Source: Halanaerobiales bacterium (GTDB lineage Bacteria; Bacillota; Halanaerobiia; Halanaerobiales; DTU029). From it: a stretch of 64,000 bases of DNA. The notes beneath the pieces were generated by a model, which saw only the letters and a program-made list of their open reading frames with translations, made no database searches and was not told where the DNA came from. A program made the position numbers and the translations under genes. Shown in pieces: positions 10,581 to 19,618 of this stretch. The DNA lies in contig JBKGXW010000001.1 in the NCBI GenBank assembly GCA_046546395.1, forward strand, positions 29,599 through 93,598. Reading direction: 5' to 3'. Every line of letters begins with the position of its first letter. The first letter of the stretch is position 1.

Positions 10581-11939
10581 ATGATTAATCCATATGAAAT
10601 AATGGAAACAATTCGTATGCTGGAAGATGAAAAACTTGATATCAGGACGATTACTATGGGTATTTCATTGAGGGACTGCTGTCACTCTGATGGTGAAAAA
10701 GCACGACAAAATATATATGATAAAATATGTAGGTATGCTGGAAGTCTGGTAGAGGTTGCTGAAGAGATAGAAGTAAAGTATGATATACCAATTATCAATA
10801 AAAGGATTTCAATTACGCCTATGGCAATGATAGCTGAGGCCAGTGGTGATAAAGATTATGTTAAGTTTGCTGAAATATTGGACAGGTCAGCAGGTGAAGT
10901 TGGAGTAGATTTTATTGGTGGATTCTCAGCACTGGTACATAAGGGTTATACCCGGGGTGATCAAATACTTATTAATTCTTTGCCTGAAGCACTGGCGGTT
11001 ACTGAGAGGGTCTGCTCATCAGTGAATGTGGCGACTACCAGGGCCGGTATCAATATGGATGCAGTGGCAGATATGGGTATTATTATAAAAAAAATTGCAG
11101 AGAAAACAGCTGAGAAGGACGGGGTTGGCTGTAGTAAACTAGTAGTTTTTGCTAATGTTCCAGAGGATAACCCTTTTATGGCTGGTGCATTTCACGGTGT
11201 AGGTGAAGGAGAATGTGTCATAAATGTTGGAATCAGTGGACCTGGAGCAATTAAATCTGCTCTAAAGAATGTGAGAAATAGGCCATTTGACGAGGTGGCA
11301 GAGATAATCAAGAAAACTGCCTTTAAAATAACCCGAATGGGTCAGCTGGTGGCAAGAGAAGCCTCAGAAAGACTGGGTGTGTCTTTTGGTATAGTTGATT
11401 TGTCTCTGGCTCCGACTCCTGCAGTCGGTGATAGTGTAGCAAGAATATTGGAAGAAATGGGACTGGAACGCTGTGGTACACATGGTACAACTGCTGCTCT
11501 GGCCCTTTTAAATGACGCAGTAAAAAAAGGTGGTGTTATGGCTTCATCCCATGTTGGAGGATTGAGTGGTGCTTTTATTCCTGTCAGTGAGGATGCGGGG
11601 ATGATTGAGTCTGTTGAAGAAGGTGCGCTCAGTCTGGATAAACTGGAGGCTATGACCTGTGTTTGTTCTGTGGGCCTAGATATGATAGCTGTACCAGGTA
11701 AGACAACAGCGGAGACGATTTCTGCTATTATTGCGGATGAAGTTGCTATAGGTATGATAAACAACAAAACAACTGCTGTCCGTATTATTCCTGCCCCTGG
11801 AAAAGATCTTGGTGATGAAGTAGTCTATGGGGGATTGTTCGGTAGAGCACCTATCATGAAGATTAATCCATATTCAAGTACTAACTTTATTCATAGAGGA
11901 GGTAGAATCCCTGCACCTTTAAATAGTCTTAAAAACTAA
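10581..11939 (+). CDS. UPF0210 (DUF711) family protein
   Basis: [30 protein letters not shown] is the canonical UPF0210 N-terminus. ATG at 10581 follows AGGGGG; the ORF-track extension from 10542 is probably not translated. Confidence 0.85.
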   Translation: MINPYEIMETIRMLEDEKLDIRTITMGISLRDCCHSDGEKARQNIYDKICRYAGSLVEVAEEIEVKYDIPIINKRISITPMAMIAEASGDKDYVKFAEILDRSAGEVGVDFIGGFSALVHKGYTRGDQILINSLPEALAVTERVCSSVNVATTRAGINMDAVADMGIIIKKIAEKTAEKDGVGCSKLVVFANVPEDNPFMAGAFHGVGEGECVINVGISGPGAIKSALKNVRNRPFDEVAEIIKKTAFKITRMGQLVAREASERLGVSFGIVDLSLAPTPAVGDSVARILEEMGLERCGTHGTTAALALLNDAVKKGGVMASSHVGGLSGAFIPVSEDAGMIESVEEGALSLDKLEAMTCVCSVGLDMIAVPGKTTAETISAIIADEVAIGMINNKTTAVRIIPAPGKDLGDEVVYGGLFGRAPIMKINPYSSTNFIHRGGRIPAPLNSLKN

Positions 11940-11987
11940 AAGGTGGTTTGAAAAGAGTTCGGAAGAACAGATGCTGATTTATTTTTG

Positions 11988-13199
11988 TCAGTGATTACCA
12001 CTCTTATCAGGAGTCATACCCTTCTCTTTGATGAAAATCACAGCCAGAATAAGTACTAACAAAGAGACTCCTGCTGCGCCATAGTGCATGGTTATTTTGC
12101 TTATTTCCTCAAGGAACGTGAAAATTGGAGGTCCGACTGCTACTCCACCAAAACGGGCTGCCCCGTAAATTGAGGTAATAACACCACGCTGGCTTGTATT
12201 GCTTGAGCTAGTAACCATTGTATTAACAGCTGGTAAGACCAGGCCTGTACCAATTCCAAGCAGTGAAAAAAAAGTTAAGTAAATTACCAGGGATTCAAAA
12301 TAATATAGAACTATCAGCATAATTGTGACCAGTGTTACACCCGTAATGATTGAGATTTTGAAGTACTTCTTGATTTTCTTCAGAGTATGTCCGGTTGTAT
12401 AGGAAGTAATCGACATAAAGAGTATGGGTATAGCAATAACCAGTCCTTTTATAAATCCTTTGATCTCGTATTTACTTTCAAGGATATCTGAGAAATATGA
12501 TAATAAGCCAAACAGTACAAATAATACTAGCATTCCTGTTAATATAGTTGCTATTAGCGAGAAACCTTTCTTTTTGAAAATGTCTGCAGTTTTCTCCAGA
12601 TATTGCTTCAGTCCCTGTTTTTCAGGCTTTTTGCCTTCTTCCCCTAAAAACCAGACACCTGCAGCAATGGGTACAGCCAGTATTGCATAGGAAAAAAAAA
12701 GAGCAATCCAGCTTATTAAGCCGATAGCAGAACCCAGTATGGGACTTAAAACCTTTCCTACGCCATTAGCAGCTTCTATGATTCCAAGTGCCTCACTACG
12801 CTGCTGAGACTGAAAGATATCTCCTATAAGTGCCATTACTATAGGTGCAGTTCCTGCTGCTCCTATACCCTGTACTACTCTTCCTACCAGAATAATATTA
12901 TAGGGGTTTTCTATAAGAAGGGCAGCTAATCCTGAGATAGCGCCACCTATCCCATATAATAATAAAGCAGGAACAATAACTTTGATTCTACCTATCTGGT
13001 CACAGAGATAACCCAGAAATGGTATAGCTATTCCTGCGGAAATAGAGAATACAGTTATTAATAGACCTACTTTAAATTGATTTATATCAAGTGCTGCTTT
13101 TATTTGAGGGAATTCAGGTATTAACATTGAATTTCCGAGAACCATGATAAATGGTACGCCACTGAATGCCAGCATCATTAACTTATACTTTTTTTCCAT
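11988..13199 (-). CDS. MFS transporter
   Basis: About 12 predicted TM helices. MFS motif A-like G(R/Y)LCDQIGR lies between TM2 and TM3. I prefer the start at MEKKYKLMM (13199), which has an upstream GAAGGAG, to the one at 13265. Confidence 0.8.
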   Translation of the reverse strand: MEKKYKLMMLAFSGVPFIMVLGNSMLIPEFPQIKAALDINQFKVGLLITVFSISAGIAIPFLGYLCDQIGRIKVIVPALLLYGIGGAISGLAALLIENPYNIILVGRVVQGIGAAGTAPIVMALIGDIFQSQQRSEALGIIEAANGVGKVLSPILGSAIGLISWIALFFSYAILAVPIAAGVWFLGEEGKKPEKQGLKQYLEKTADIFKKKGFSLIATILTGMLVLFVLFGLLSYFSDILESKYEIKGFIKGLVIAIPILFMSITSYTTGHTLKKIKKYFKISIITGVTLVTIMLIVLYYFESLVIYLTFFSLLGIGTGLVLPAVNTMVTSSSNTSQRGVITSIYGAARFGGVAVGPPIFTFLEEISKITMHYGAAGVSLLVLILAVIFIKEKGMTPDKSGNH

Positions 13200-13375
13200 A
13201 TAATGTTTAGAGTCTCCTTCTAATAATATAAGTGCTAAACTATCATTATTATTACCCCTAATCATCTAGTTCATAACAATATAATTGTTCCAGATAAAGG
13301 GAAAACAGAAGACTCTCTAAATGCCTCCTGTTTAAAATATGTGTTAAATTTTTAATTTACTCCAATCCAGTTTAT

Positions 13376-13855
13376 TTATTCTCCCGAGACTTTTTTTTTA
13401 TCACTATCTTCATCATGGTTTGAATTATTTTCACTTTCTACAGATATATGTCCCTTACTTGCTCCTTCAGTTTGACTATTTTTTAAGTTATTCACAAGAT
13501 TTGTTATCATACTCATATCAAAGTTTCCGCTTCCGCTATTTCCTCCCAGCGCACTCATCAAAAGGGGTAGCATTTGTTGAATATTATTACCACTATCTTC
13601 ATTACTGTTATTATGACCCTGCATTTGACTCAGTAAACCTGCTATGTTCCCCAGATTACCAATATTTCCTAAAGAAGACTCATTTTTGTTTTTACTTTTT
13701 GTGTCAGGTAAATTATTGACATTTGTCTGATAAATTTCTGTTATCTCAAGAAGTACCAGAATGCTGAGTAAACCGAATATTTCGTTACCTGAGTATATAT
13801 TGCTATTCTTCTGTAGGTTGTTTGATATAACAGAATATAATTGTTGATTATCCAT
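13376..13855 (-). CDS. Hypothetical protein, Asn/Ser/Gly-rich with one hydrophobic helix
   Basis: 159-aa ORF. The N-terminal motif YSGNEIFGLLSILVLLEITEI is shared with the adjacent upstream ORF. No family recognised. Confidence 0.45.
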   Translation of the reverse strand: MDNQQLYSVISNNLQKNSNIYSGNEIFGLLSILVLLEITEIYQTNVNNLPDTKSKNKNESSLGNIGNLGNIAGLLSQMQGHNNSNEDSGNNIQQMLPLLMSALGGNSGSGNFDMSMITNLVNNLKNSQTEGASKGHISVESENNSNHDEDSDKKKVSGE

Positions 13856-13869
13856 TATTTACCCCCTTA

Positions 13870-14121
13870 CTAATTATTTGTTTCTTCTTTAGGTTCTCTG
13901 CCTTTTTTAATTATATCTATCTTCTCGGTTAAAGTATTAAGGGATTTTCTGCTTTTTCTTTTAACTGTTTGAGTTTTTTTCTGCCGGAGAATTTGTGCCT
14001 GGAGAATTTGTAGGACATCCTCTGATAGAATAAGTAAAATTAAAACAAGAAATAGATTATACGCATTATACTGATCACTGTCTTTTTCTTCATTGCTTTC
14101 ATCAAAAAACCTTCTTGCCAT
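13870..14121 (-). CDS. Hypothetical small protein with one hydrophobic helix and a Lys-rich tail
   Basis: 83-aa ORF. The motif YNAYNLFLVLILLILSEDV is paralogous to the start of the 13376-13855 ORF. The two are tandem on the same strand with a 14-bp gap. Confidence 0.4.
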   Translation of the reverse strand: MARRFFDESNEEKDSDQYNAYNLFLVLILLILSEDVLQILQAQILRQKKTQTVKRKSRKSLNTLTEKIDIIKKGREPKEETNN

Positions 14122-14443
14122 AAATACCCCCCTCTCTTTTTGTAAAATATCGATCTACCGCATATTATAGAAAATTATTTTTCTTTACAAAAAAGATTCT
14201 AAAATAATATATGTCGAGAAGGAAGTAATTGTTAAAGAAATCTGCTTTTATATATTAAGTGAATATATTAGTTTCCTTGATGAGTTTTTTTAATTATATT
14301 TATTTCTGTATATTACTGCTATAATAATATATATTATCGGGCAGGAAATTATATACTTTTTTGATTATTAAAAAAATCTGTGTTAAAATAATAAGGTATA
14401 TATCCGGACAATTTAAATAATATATGTATTAGAGAAAGGTGAA

Positions 14444-15334
14444 ATGAATTTGCAGAAAAAGATAGCAACACCGGGAGCAACCAAGGAGCTACTTGGAAAA
14501 TATAATCTTAGACTTTCCAGGAAATTGGGACAAAACTTTCTGGTAGATAGGAATATTATTGATATTATTATTTCCGCAGGAGATATTAAAAAAGATGATA
14601 TAGTAATAGAGATTGGACCAGGTATTGGTTCTTTAACCCAGGCGATACTTGAAAAACTATCTGGCGGCAAACTTTATGCTATAGAAAAAGATAATAGACT
14701 TGTAGAAGTACTGGATGATTTATTTAGCAGTTATAAAAATCTTGAAGTAATAAATATGGATGTAATGAATATTGACTGGAATAATTTTTTTGAAGAAAAT
14801 AAACTATATAATAAAAAAATCAAATTAATGGCTAACCTTCCTTATTATATTACAACTCCGATAATAATGGGATTGTTGGAGGCAAAAGTTCCTATTGATT
14901 GTTATGTGTTCATGGTACAGAAGGAAGTTGCAGAAAGAATGATTGCAGATCCCGGAGGTAAGGATTACGGTTCGTTAAGTATTGCAGTTCAGTATTACTC
15001 GAATCCAGAGATAGTACACATCGTACCTTCCAGTGTTTTTATTCCACGACCTGCTGTTGAATCAGCGATAATCAAACTTAATAGAAGAATCGAAAGCCCT
15101 GTTCAGCTTGAAGATGAGGAATTTTTCTTTAAAATTGTTCAGGCAATATTCCAACAGAGAAGAAAAAACATCAAAAATTCATTAGTAAAAGCAGCAAATA
15201 TAGATCTGGAGAAAGAAGATGTTCTTCAAAGCCTTGATCAAATGGGATTGGAAAAAAGAATCAGGGGCGAAAAGCTAAGCCTGGAACAAATGGGACAACT
15301 GAGTAACTTAATATATAAAAAGAAACACAATTAA
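14444..15334 (+). CDS. rsmA: 16S rRNA (adenine1518-N6/adenine1519-N6)-dimethyltransferase
   Basis: LGQNFL, the EIGPGIGSLT SAM-binding motif and NLPYYITTPI are diagnostic of KsgA/RsmA. Confidence 0.95.
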   Translation: MNLQKKIATPGATKELLGKYNLRLSRKLGQNFLVDRNIIDIIISAGDIKKDDIVIEIGPGIGSLTQAILEKLSGGKLYAIEKDNRLVEVLDDLFSSYKNLEVINMDVMNIDWNNFFEENKLYNKKIKLMANLPYYITTPIIMGLLEAKVPIDCYVFMVQKEVAERMIADPGGKDYGSLSIAVQYYSNPEIVHIVPSSVFIPRPAVESAIIKLNRRIESPVQLEDEEFFFKIVQAIFQQRRKNIKNSLVKAANIDLEKEDVLQSLDQMGLEKRIRGEKLSLEQMGQLSNLIYKKKHN

Positions 15335-15464
15335 TTTTCTCATCTGAAATAATCTCAAGAATACTCCATCTACTTTGATTTAGGTGGTAAGGTTCACTGC
15401 ATACCTAACGATACGTGTACCTGAAAGTTGTGGACTAAATATTTTAATAAAGATGGTGAAGAAT

Positions 15465-15944
15465 ATGAAGTTTATGAGTCCGACAGATGGTTTAATGGGG
15501 ATCAATGAGGTATATGAAACTATACTTGATTTTATTGTAGAGAAACCAGAGGACCAGTATAAGTTAATTATAGGAACTGATTCTCAGGCAGGGATTTCAG
15601 AAGTTGTCTTTGTCACAGCTATTGTTATCTATCGTGTGGGAAGAGGTGGAAGGTTTTTCTATCATAAAGATCAGGAAAGACTGCAGACCAGCATGAAACA
15701 GCGGATTTTTTATGAAGTATCCAAAAGTCTGGAACTTGCCAGTCAGTTGACAGGTTTTATTGCTGACGAGCTTCTCCTTGTTGATGATTTAAAAGTTGAG
15801 ATTCATGTCGATGTTGGTGAAAAAGGGCCGACAAATGCAATTATAAAGGAAGTTGTTGGAATGGTGGTTGGTAGTGGTTTTGAAGCACTGATCAAGCCTG
15901 ATTCCTATGCGGCTTCAACTGTGGCTGATAAGTTTACGAAATAA
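15465..15944 (+). CDS. DUF458 / YkuK-family RNase H-like protein
   Basis: KLIIGTDSQ ... VFVTAIVIYRVGRGGRFFY ... IHVDVG resembles the YkuK family. The true start is probably at 15453 or 15465, not the ORF-track 15384. Confidence 0.75.
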   Translation: MKFMSPTDGLMGINEVYETILDFIVEKPEDQYKLIIGTDSQAGISEVVFVTAIVIYRVGRGGRFFYHKDQERLQTSMKQRIFYEVSKSLELASQLTGFIADELLLVDDLKVEIHVDVGEKGPTNAIIKEVVGMVVGSGFEALIKPDSYAASTVADKFTK

Positions 15945-15952
15945 TTAAAGTT

Positions 15953-16058
15953 ACGCAATGTAGATTCAGGTATGACCATATTCGATTAGGCCTCACCTGA
16001 ATCTTCAATTATAAACGCAATGTAGATTCAGGTATGACCATATTCGATTAGGCCTCAC
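15953..16058. repeat. Direct repeat: 2 x 44 bp with 62-bp period
   Basis: ACGCAATGTAGATTCAGGTATGACCATATTCGATTAGGCCTCAC occurs identically at 15953-15996 and 16015-16058. The spacer carries ACCTGAATCT, which is complementary to AGATTCAGGT in both copies. Confidence 0.9.
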
Positions 16059-16084
16059 ATGTACGGGTCCCGTTTCATATAGTG
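16057..16084 (+). promoter_or_regulatory. Possible sigma-K-type promoter of yabG
   Basis: AC-N17-CATATAGTG, compared with the consensus AC-N16/17-CATAnnnTA (one mismatch). It lies 43 bp upstream of the yabG ATG. B. subtilis yabG is sigma-K dependent. Confidence 0.3.
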
Positions 16085-16126
16085 TAGTATAGAGTAGCAT
16101 TATATACCCTCGTAGGGGGCGGGAAT

Positions 16127-16936
16127 ATGAAGTTCAAGATCGGAGATTTTGTTACACGAAAATCACATGCTTCGGATGTTGTATTTAGAATTGAAAAAAT
16201 AAATAACGGTATGGCATTTCTGAGAAGTTTTAAATTGAGACTAATGGCTGATGCTCCACTGGATGATCTCATTAGGATAAAGGATAAGGATAAAAAAATA
16301 TTAAAGAAAGAATTATTGATGGAATCTTTTGAATGCCTGCAGCGACAGCAGAAACACCATGTACTTAATAGCAAATTAGTTAGAGCCAAAACAAGAGAAA
16401 ATTCCTACAAAGAGTATAAAATCAGGGTTTTGCACCTTGATGGTGATAAGGATTATCTGGATTTATCAATCGCTAACTATAAAAATTTAAATATTGATGT
16501 AGTTGGATTCTATATTCCTGAAAAGGGACAACCAGAAAAAATTCCAGAACTGATTAAACAAATTAGGCCAGATATAATCGTTATAACTGGTCATGATGGC
16601 GAAGTAAACAACAAATCATTTCATACATCTGATTACTTTATAAAATCAGTCCAAATTGCCCGTAGCTTTGAATCTGATCTCGATAAATTAATTATTTTTG
16701 CTGGCGCATGTCAGTCTGATTATAAGGAGTTAATAAAGAGTGGAGCTAATTTTGCCAGTTCACCGGAGAATAAGCTAATTCATTTTCTGGATCCTATATT
16801 AGTAGTTGAAAAGATTGTGTTTACTTCTGTAAGAGATGTTCTTTCTGTAAAGGATATTATAAATAATACAATAACTGGAAGTGGCGGCATAGGAGGGGTA
16901 GAAACCAGGGGAAAAATGCGACTACAGTACCCTTAA
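16127..16936 (+). CDS. yabG: Sporulation-specific peptidase YabG (peptidase U57)
   Basis: MKFKIGDFVTRKSH..., DIIVITGHDG and FAGACQS motifs. It occupies the conserved position between rsmA and veg. Confidence 0.9.
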   Translation: MKFKIGDFVTRKSHASDVVFRIEKINNGMAFLRSFKLRLMADAPLDDLIRIKDKDKKILKKELLMESFECLQRQQKHHVLNSKLVRAKTRENSYKEYKIRVLHLDGDKDYLDLSIANYKNLNIDVVGFYIPEKGQPEKIPELIKQIRPDIIVITGHDGEVNNKSFHTSDYFIKSVQIARSFESDLDKLIIFAGACQSDYKELIKSGANFASSPENKLIHFLDPILVVEKIVFTSVRDVLSVKDIINNTITGSGGIGGVETRGKMRLQYP

Positions 16937-16968
16937 ATCTAATTTTTCTACAAAAATCAAGATATATC

Positions 16969-16997
16969 TTGACACAGACTTAATACTCTGGTATAAT
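16969..16997 (+). promoter_or_regulatory. Consensus sigma-A promoter of veg
   Basis: TTGACA (16969-16974), a 17-bp spacer, then TGgTATAAT (extended -10; TATAAT at 16992-16997). An A/T-rich UP-like tract lies upstream. This mirrors the well-known strong veg promoter of B. subtilis. Confidence 0.8.
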
Positions 16998-17126
16998 ATT
17001 ATTTTTTATTTGACTATTATTTCTTTTTTGTGTTATACTAATAATAATCGTGTTAACATTACGGTTAGGCTTTTGCTATTACTTAAAATTTTAATACTGC
17101 TTTATATTAGAAAGGTGGACCGCCAA

Positions 17127-17393
17127 ATGAATAAAAACCAGAATGTATTAACAGAGATAAGAGATAGTGTTAATTCTTTTGTTGGTCGTGAAGTTATGAT
17201 AAAGGCGAACCGCGGCAGAAGGAAGAGCCTGGAAAAGGAGGGCGTACTGGAAAAGACTCATCAGAATATTTTTGTGGTTAAAATTAATGACCATCAACAA
17301 ATTCGACGTCTTTCCTATAGCTATGCTGATTTATTAACAGATAATGTTGAACTAAAATTAAAGAGCGAAAATGAGAAGATAGGTATAATCTAG
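17127..17393 (+). CDS. veg: Veg protein
   Basis: The 88-aa product MNKNQNVLTEIRDSVNSFVGREVMIKANRGRRK...YSYADLLT matches Veg. AAAGGTGGA lies 8 nt upstream of the ATG. The ORF-track extension from 17010 runs through the promoter. Confidence 0.9.
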   Translation: MNKNQNVLTEIRDSVNSFVGREVMIKANRGRRKSLEKEGVLEKTHQNIFVVKINDHQQIRRLSYSYADLLTDNVELKLKSENEKIGII

Positions 17394-17536
17394 TAATAAG
17401 TTTATGTACGATTATTTGAATTTTATAAGGCTTTACATCATTAATCTTTTTATATAAATTTGTCTACAAATTGAGAAGTATTAGCGGTAAAATAAGTTAT
17501 TAATTATTGTATTATTAAAAATGAATAAAGAAGATA

Positions 17537-17570
17537 AAAGCTGTGATCTGTCAGGTCACAGCTTTTTTAT
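17537..17570 (+). terminator. Rho-independent terminator of veg
   Basis: AAAGCTGTGA ... TCACAGCTTT stem followed by TTTTT. Confidence 0.8.
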
Positions 17571-17632
17571 TTCTCTTCACTAAACATATCCTTTCTGAAT
17601 ATTATAGAGTAAATAACTATGGAGGGATAATA

Positions 17633-18637
17633 GTGAATGACTATAAAAAAATTATAGGTAAACACAAAAATTTTTTACTAAATAGGGAGAATGTTGTTGG
17701 TGTTGGCCACGGGATCAAAGAAAGGAATGGGAGAAGAACAGGTGAGGATGCTGTTGTTATCCTCGTCAAACAAAAACTACCTGTAATGAAGGTGAAAAAG
17801 AAAGACCTGCTACCGCATAGAATTGATGATTGTCAAACAGATGTTATAGAAATAGGAGAATTGGGTTTTCATTCAGAAAGGACAGTTAAACTTAGGCCAG
17901 CTCAGCCAGGTGTTAGTATTGGACATTATAAGATTTCGGCAGGAACACTGGGAGCTATTGTTCGGGATAAAAAGACTGGTTCACCTTTGATTTTATCTAA
18001 TAATCACGTACTGGCCAATATAACAAATGGAAAAGATAATAGGTCAAAAATAGGTGACCCAATTATACAACCAGGAGCCTATGATGATGGTAATAACCCT
18101 GATGACATAATAGCATATCTGGAGAGGCTTGTACCTATACACAGGGGTGAAAGTGAACCAGAGTGTAAAATTGCCATAGCTGTAGAGAAAATAGCAAATT
18201 TTATAATACATTTTGTAAGGCCTTATTATAATTTTAAATTATTAAAGCAGGGAAATAACAATATTGTAGATTGTGCTGTGGCCAGACCAAAATCAGATCA
18301 ACTTATAAATTCAAGAATTATCGAAATAGGAGAGATAAAGGGGTTAAATGAAGCAGTTGTCGATATGGAGGTCCAGAAAAGCGGTCGAACAAGCGGCTTA
18401 ACCAGGGGGAAAGTAGTGGCAGTAGATGCTACAGTAAATGTAAGTATGAGTGAAACCGAGTCTGCTAATTTTGAGGACCAGTTCATAACTACACCAATTT
18501 CAAAAGCGGGGGACAGCGGGTCTCTGGTACTTGATATGGATAATAACGCTGTGGGACTTTTGTTTGCAGGTTCAGATAAGGCAACAGTATGTAATAGAAT
18601 TAGTAATGTAATCCAGGCACTTTCTATTGAAATATAA
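17633..18637 (+). CDS. Chymotrypsin-fold (S1-like) serine peptidase with N-terminal pro-region
   Basis: Candidate triad His (SNNHVLAN), Asp (VDCAVA) and Ser (GDSGSLV). GTG at 17633 lies 6 nt after GGAGGG. The ORF-track start at 17543 lies inside the veg terminator. Confidence 0.7.
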   Translation: MNDYKKIIGKHKNFLLNRENVVGVGHGIKERNGRRTGEDAVVILVKQKLPVMKVKKKDLLPHRIDDCQTDVIEIGELGFHSERTVKLRPAQPGVSIGHYKISAGTLGAIVRDKKTGSPLILSNNHVLANITNGKDNRSKIGDPIIQPGAYDDGNNPDDIIAYLERLVPIHRGESEPECKIAIAVEKIANFIIHFVRPYYNFKLLKQGNNNIVDCAVARPKSDQLINSRIIEIGEIKGLNEAVVDMEVQKSGRTSGLTRGKVVAVDATVNVSMSETESANFEDQFITTPISKAGDSGSLVLDMDNNAVGLLFAGSDKATVCNRISNVIQALSIEI

Positions 18638-18648
18638 GGGGGATATCA

Positions 18649-19581
18649 ATGACATATCAAGTATTAGGTTTTCATCTTGCATATAGTAAATCAGGCCTGG
18701 AAACTATAAAAGAACATCATAGGGTACTAAACCAGATAATACCAACCTGGCTAGAAGTAAAGGCTAATGGAGATTTAAAAATAAATAAAAGTAATAAGCT
18801 AATTGAGGCTTTTATTGATAAAGATATGATTATCCCTATGGTCCAAAATGCTGATCTTGATTCCAGTATAAGTAATGATCTAATCAGTAATCAGGGGGCT
18901 GTCGATCTTTTTATTAAGAATATATTATCATATATAGAAGAAGAGAACTTCAATGAAATATGTATTGATATTGAGGGAATTAATTATAAAAATAAGAATT
19001 TATTTTCAAGTTTCATAAAAAAAGTAGCGGATTTTCTTCATCAACATGGTTTCTCTTTAAGTGTTGTTGTGCCAGCAAAGCTGGAGAATAATCAAGATTC
19101 TACCTGGTCAGGCGCCTATGAATATAGTTCATTGGCAGAGGCGGTTGACAGAATAATTATAATGGCCTATGATTTTCACTGGCCTGGAGGATCTCCAGGT
19201 CCTATAGCACCTTTGTCATGGGTTCAGGATGTAGTTGATTATGCTATTATGGAAATTCCCCTTGAAAAAATATTTCTGGGTCTGGGGCTATATGGATATG
19301 ATTGGACAATTAAACGTGAACAGCGGGCAAGAGGACTGGTTTATGAACAGATTCGAAATATAGTCGAGAAATACAATATAACAACAGAATGGGATCAGGA
19401 TTCTCAATCACCATATTTTCGATATATAATTAACGATGAGGAACATGAGGTTTGGTTTGAAAACAAAGAAAGTATAGCCAAGAAATTAAAACTTATCAGT
19501 GAATTCCAGTTGAAAGGTGTCGTTTTCTGGAGATTAGGTCAGGAGGACTCAGATCTGTGGAAAGTATTAAGAAATATCTAA
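18649..19581 (+). CDS. Glycoside hydrolase family 18 protein (YaaH/SleL-like catalytic domain, no LysM)
   Basis: GH18 TIM-barrel signatures: ICIDIEG (the D-x-E catalytic strand), MAYDFHW and GLYGYDW. There is an 11-nt gap after the protease gene. Confidence 0.8.
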   Translation: MTYQVLGFHLAYSKSGLETIKEHHRVLNQIIPTWLEVKANGDLKINKSNKLIEAFIDKDMIIPMVQNADLDSSISNDLISNQGAVDLFIKNILSYIEEENFNEICIDIEGINYKNKNLFSSFIKKVADFLHQHGFSLSVVVPAKLENNQDSTWSGAYEYSSLAEAVDRIIIMAYDFHWPGGSPGPIAPLSWVQDVVDYAIMEIPLEKIFLGLGLYGYDWTIKREQRARGLVYEQIRNIVEKYNITTEWDQDSQSPYFRYIINDEEHEVWFENKESIAKKLKLISEFQLKGVVFWRLGQEDSDLWKVLRNI

Positions 19582-19618
19582 AGTTAATTCAAAATAAATT
19601 GTTTATCAGGTGGTAGTT

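Noticed and set aside
11342-11767. 141-aa ORF antisense to the UPF0210 gene. The same applies to antisense or alternate-frame ORFs at 22032-22451, 25207-26037, 31104-31430, 33077-33454, 34046-34303, 39871-40248, 41867-42199 and 60680-61084.
   Set aside because: All lie entirely within well-supported genes on the other strand or in another frame. They lack RBS motifs and have Ser/Pro/Ile-rich shadow-frame composition.
17010-17126. N-terminal 39-codon extension of the veg ORF in the ORF track
   Set aside because: The extension starts only 13 nt after the consensus veg promoter -10 element. It is hydrophobic junk sequence and has no RBS. The canonical Veg N-terminus with an RBS begins at 17127.
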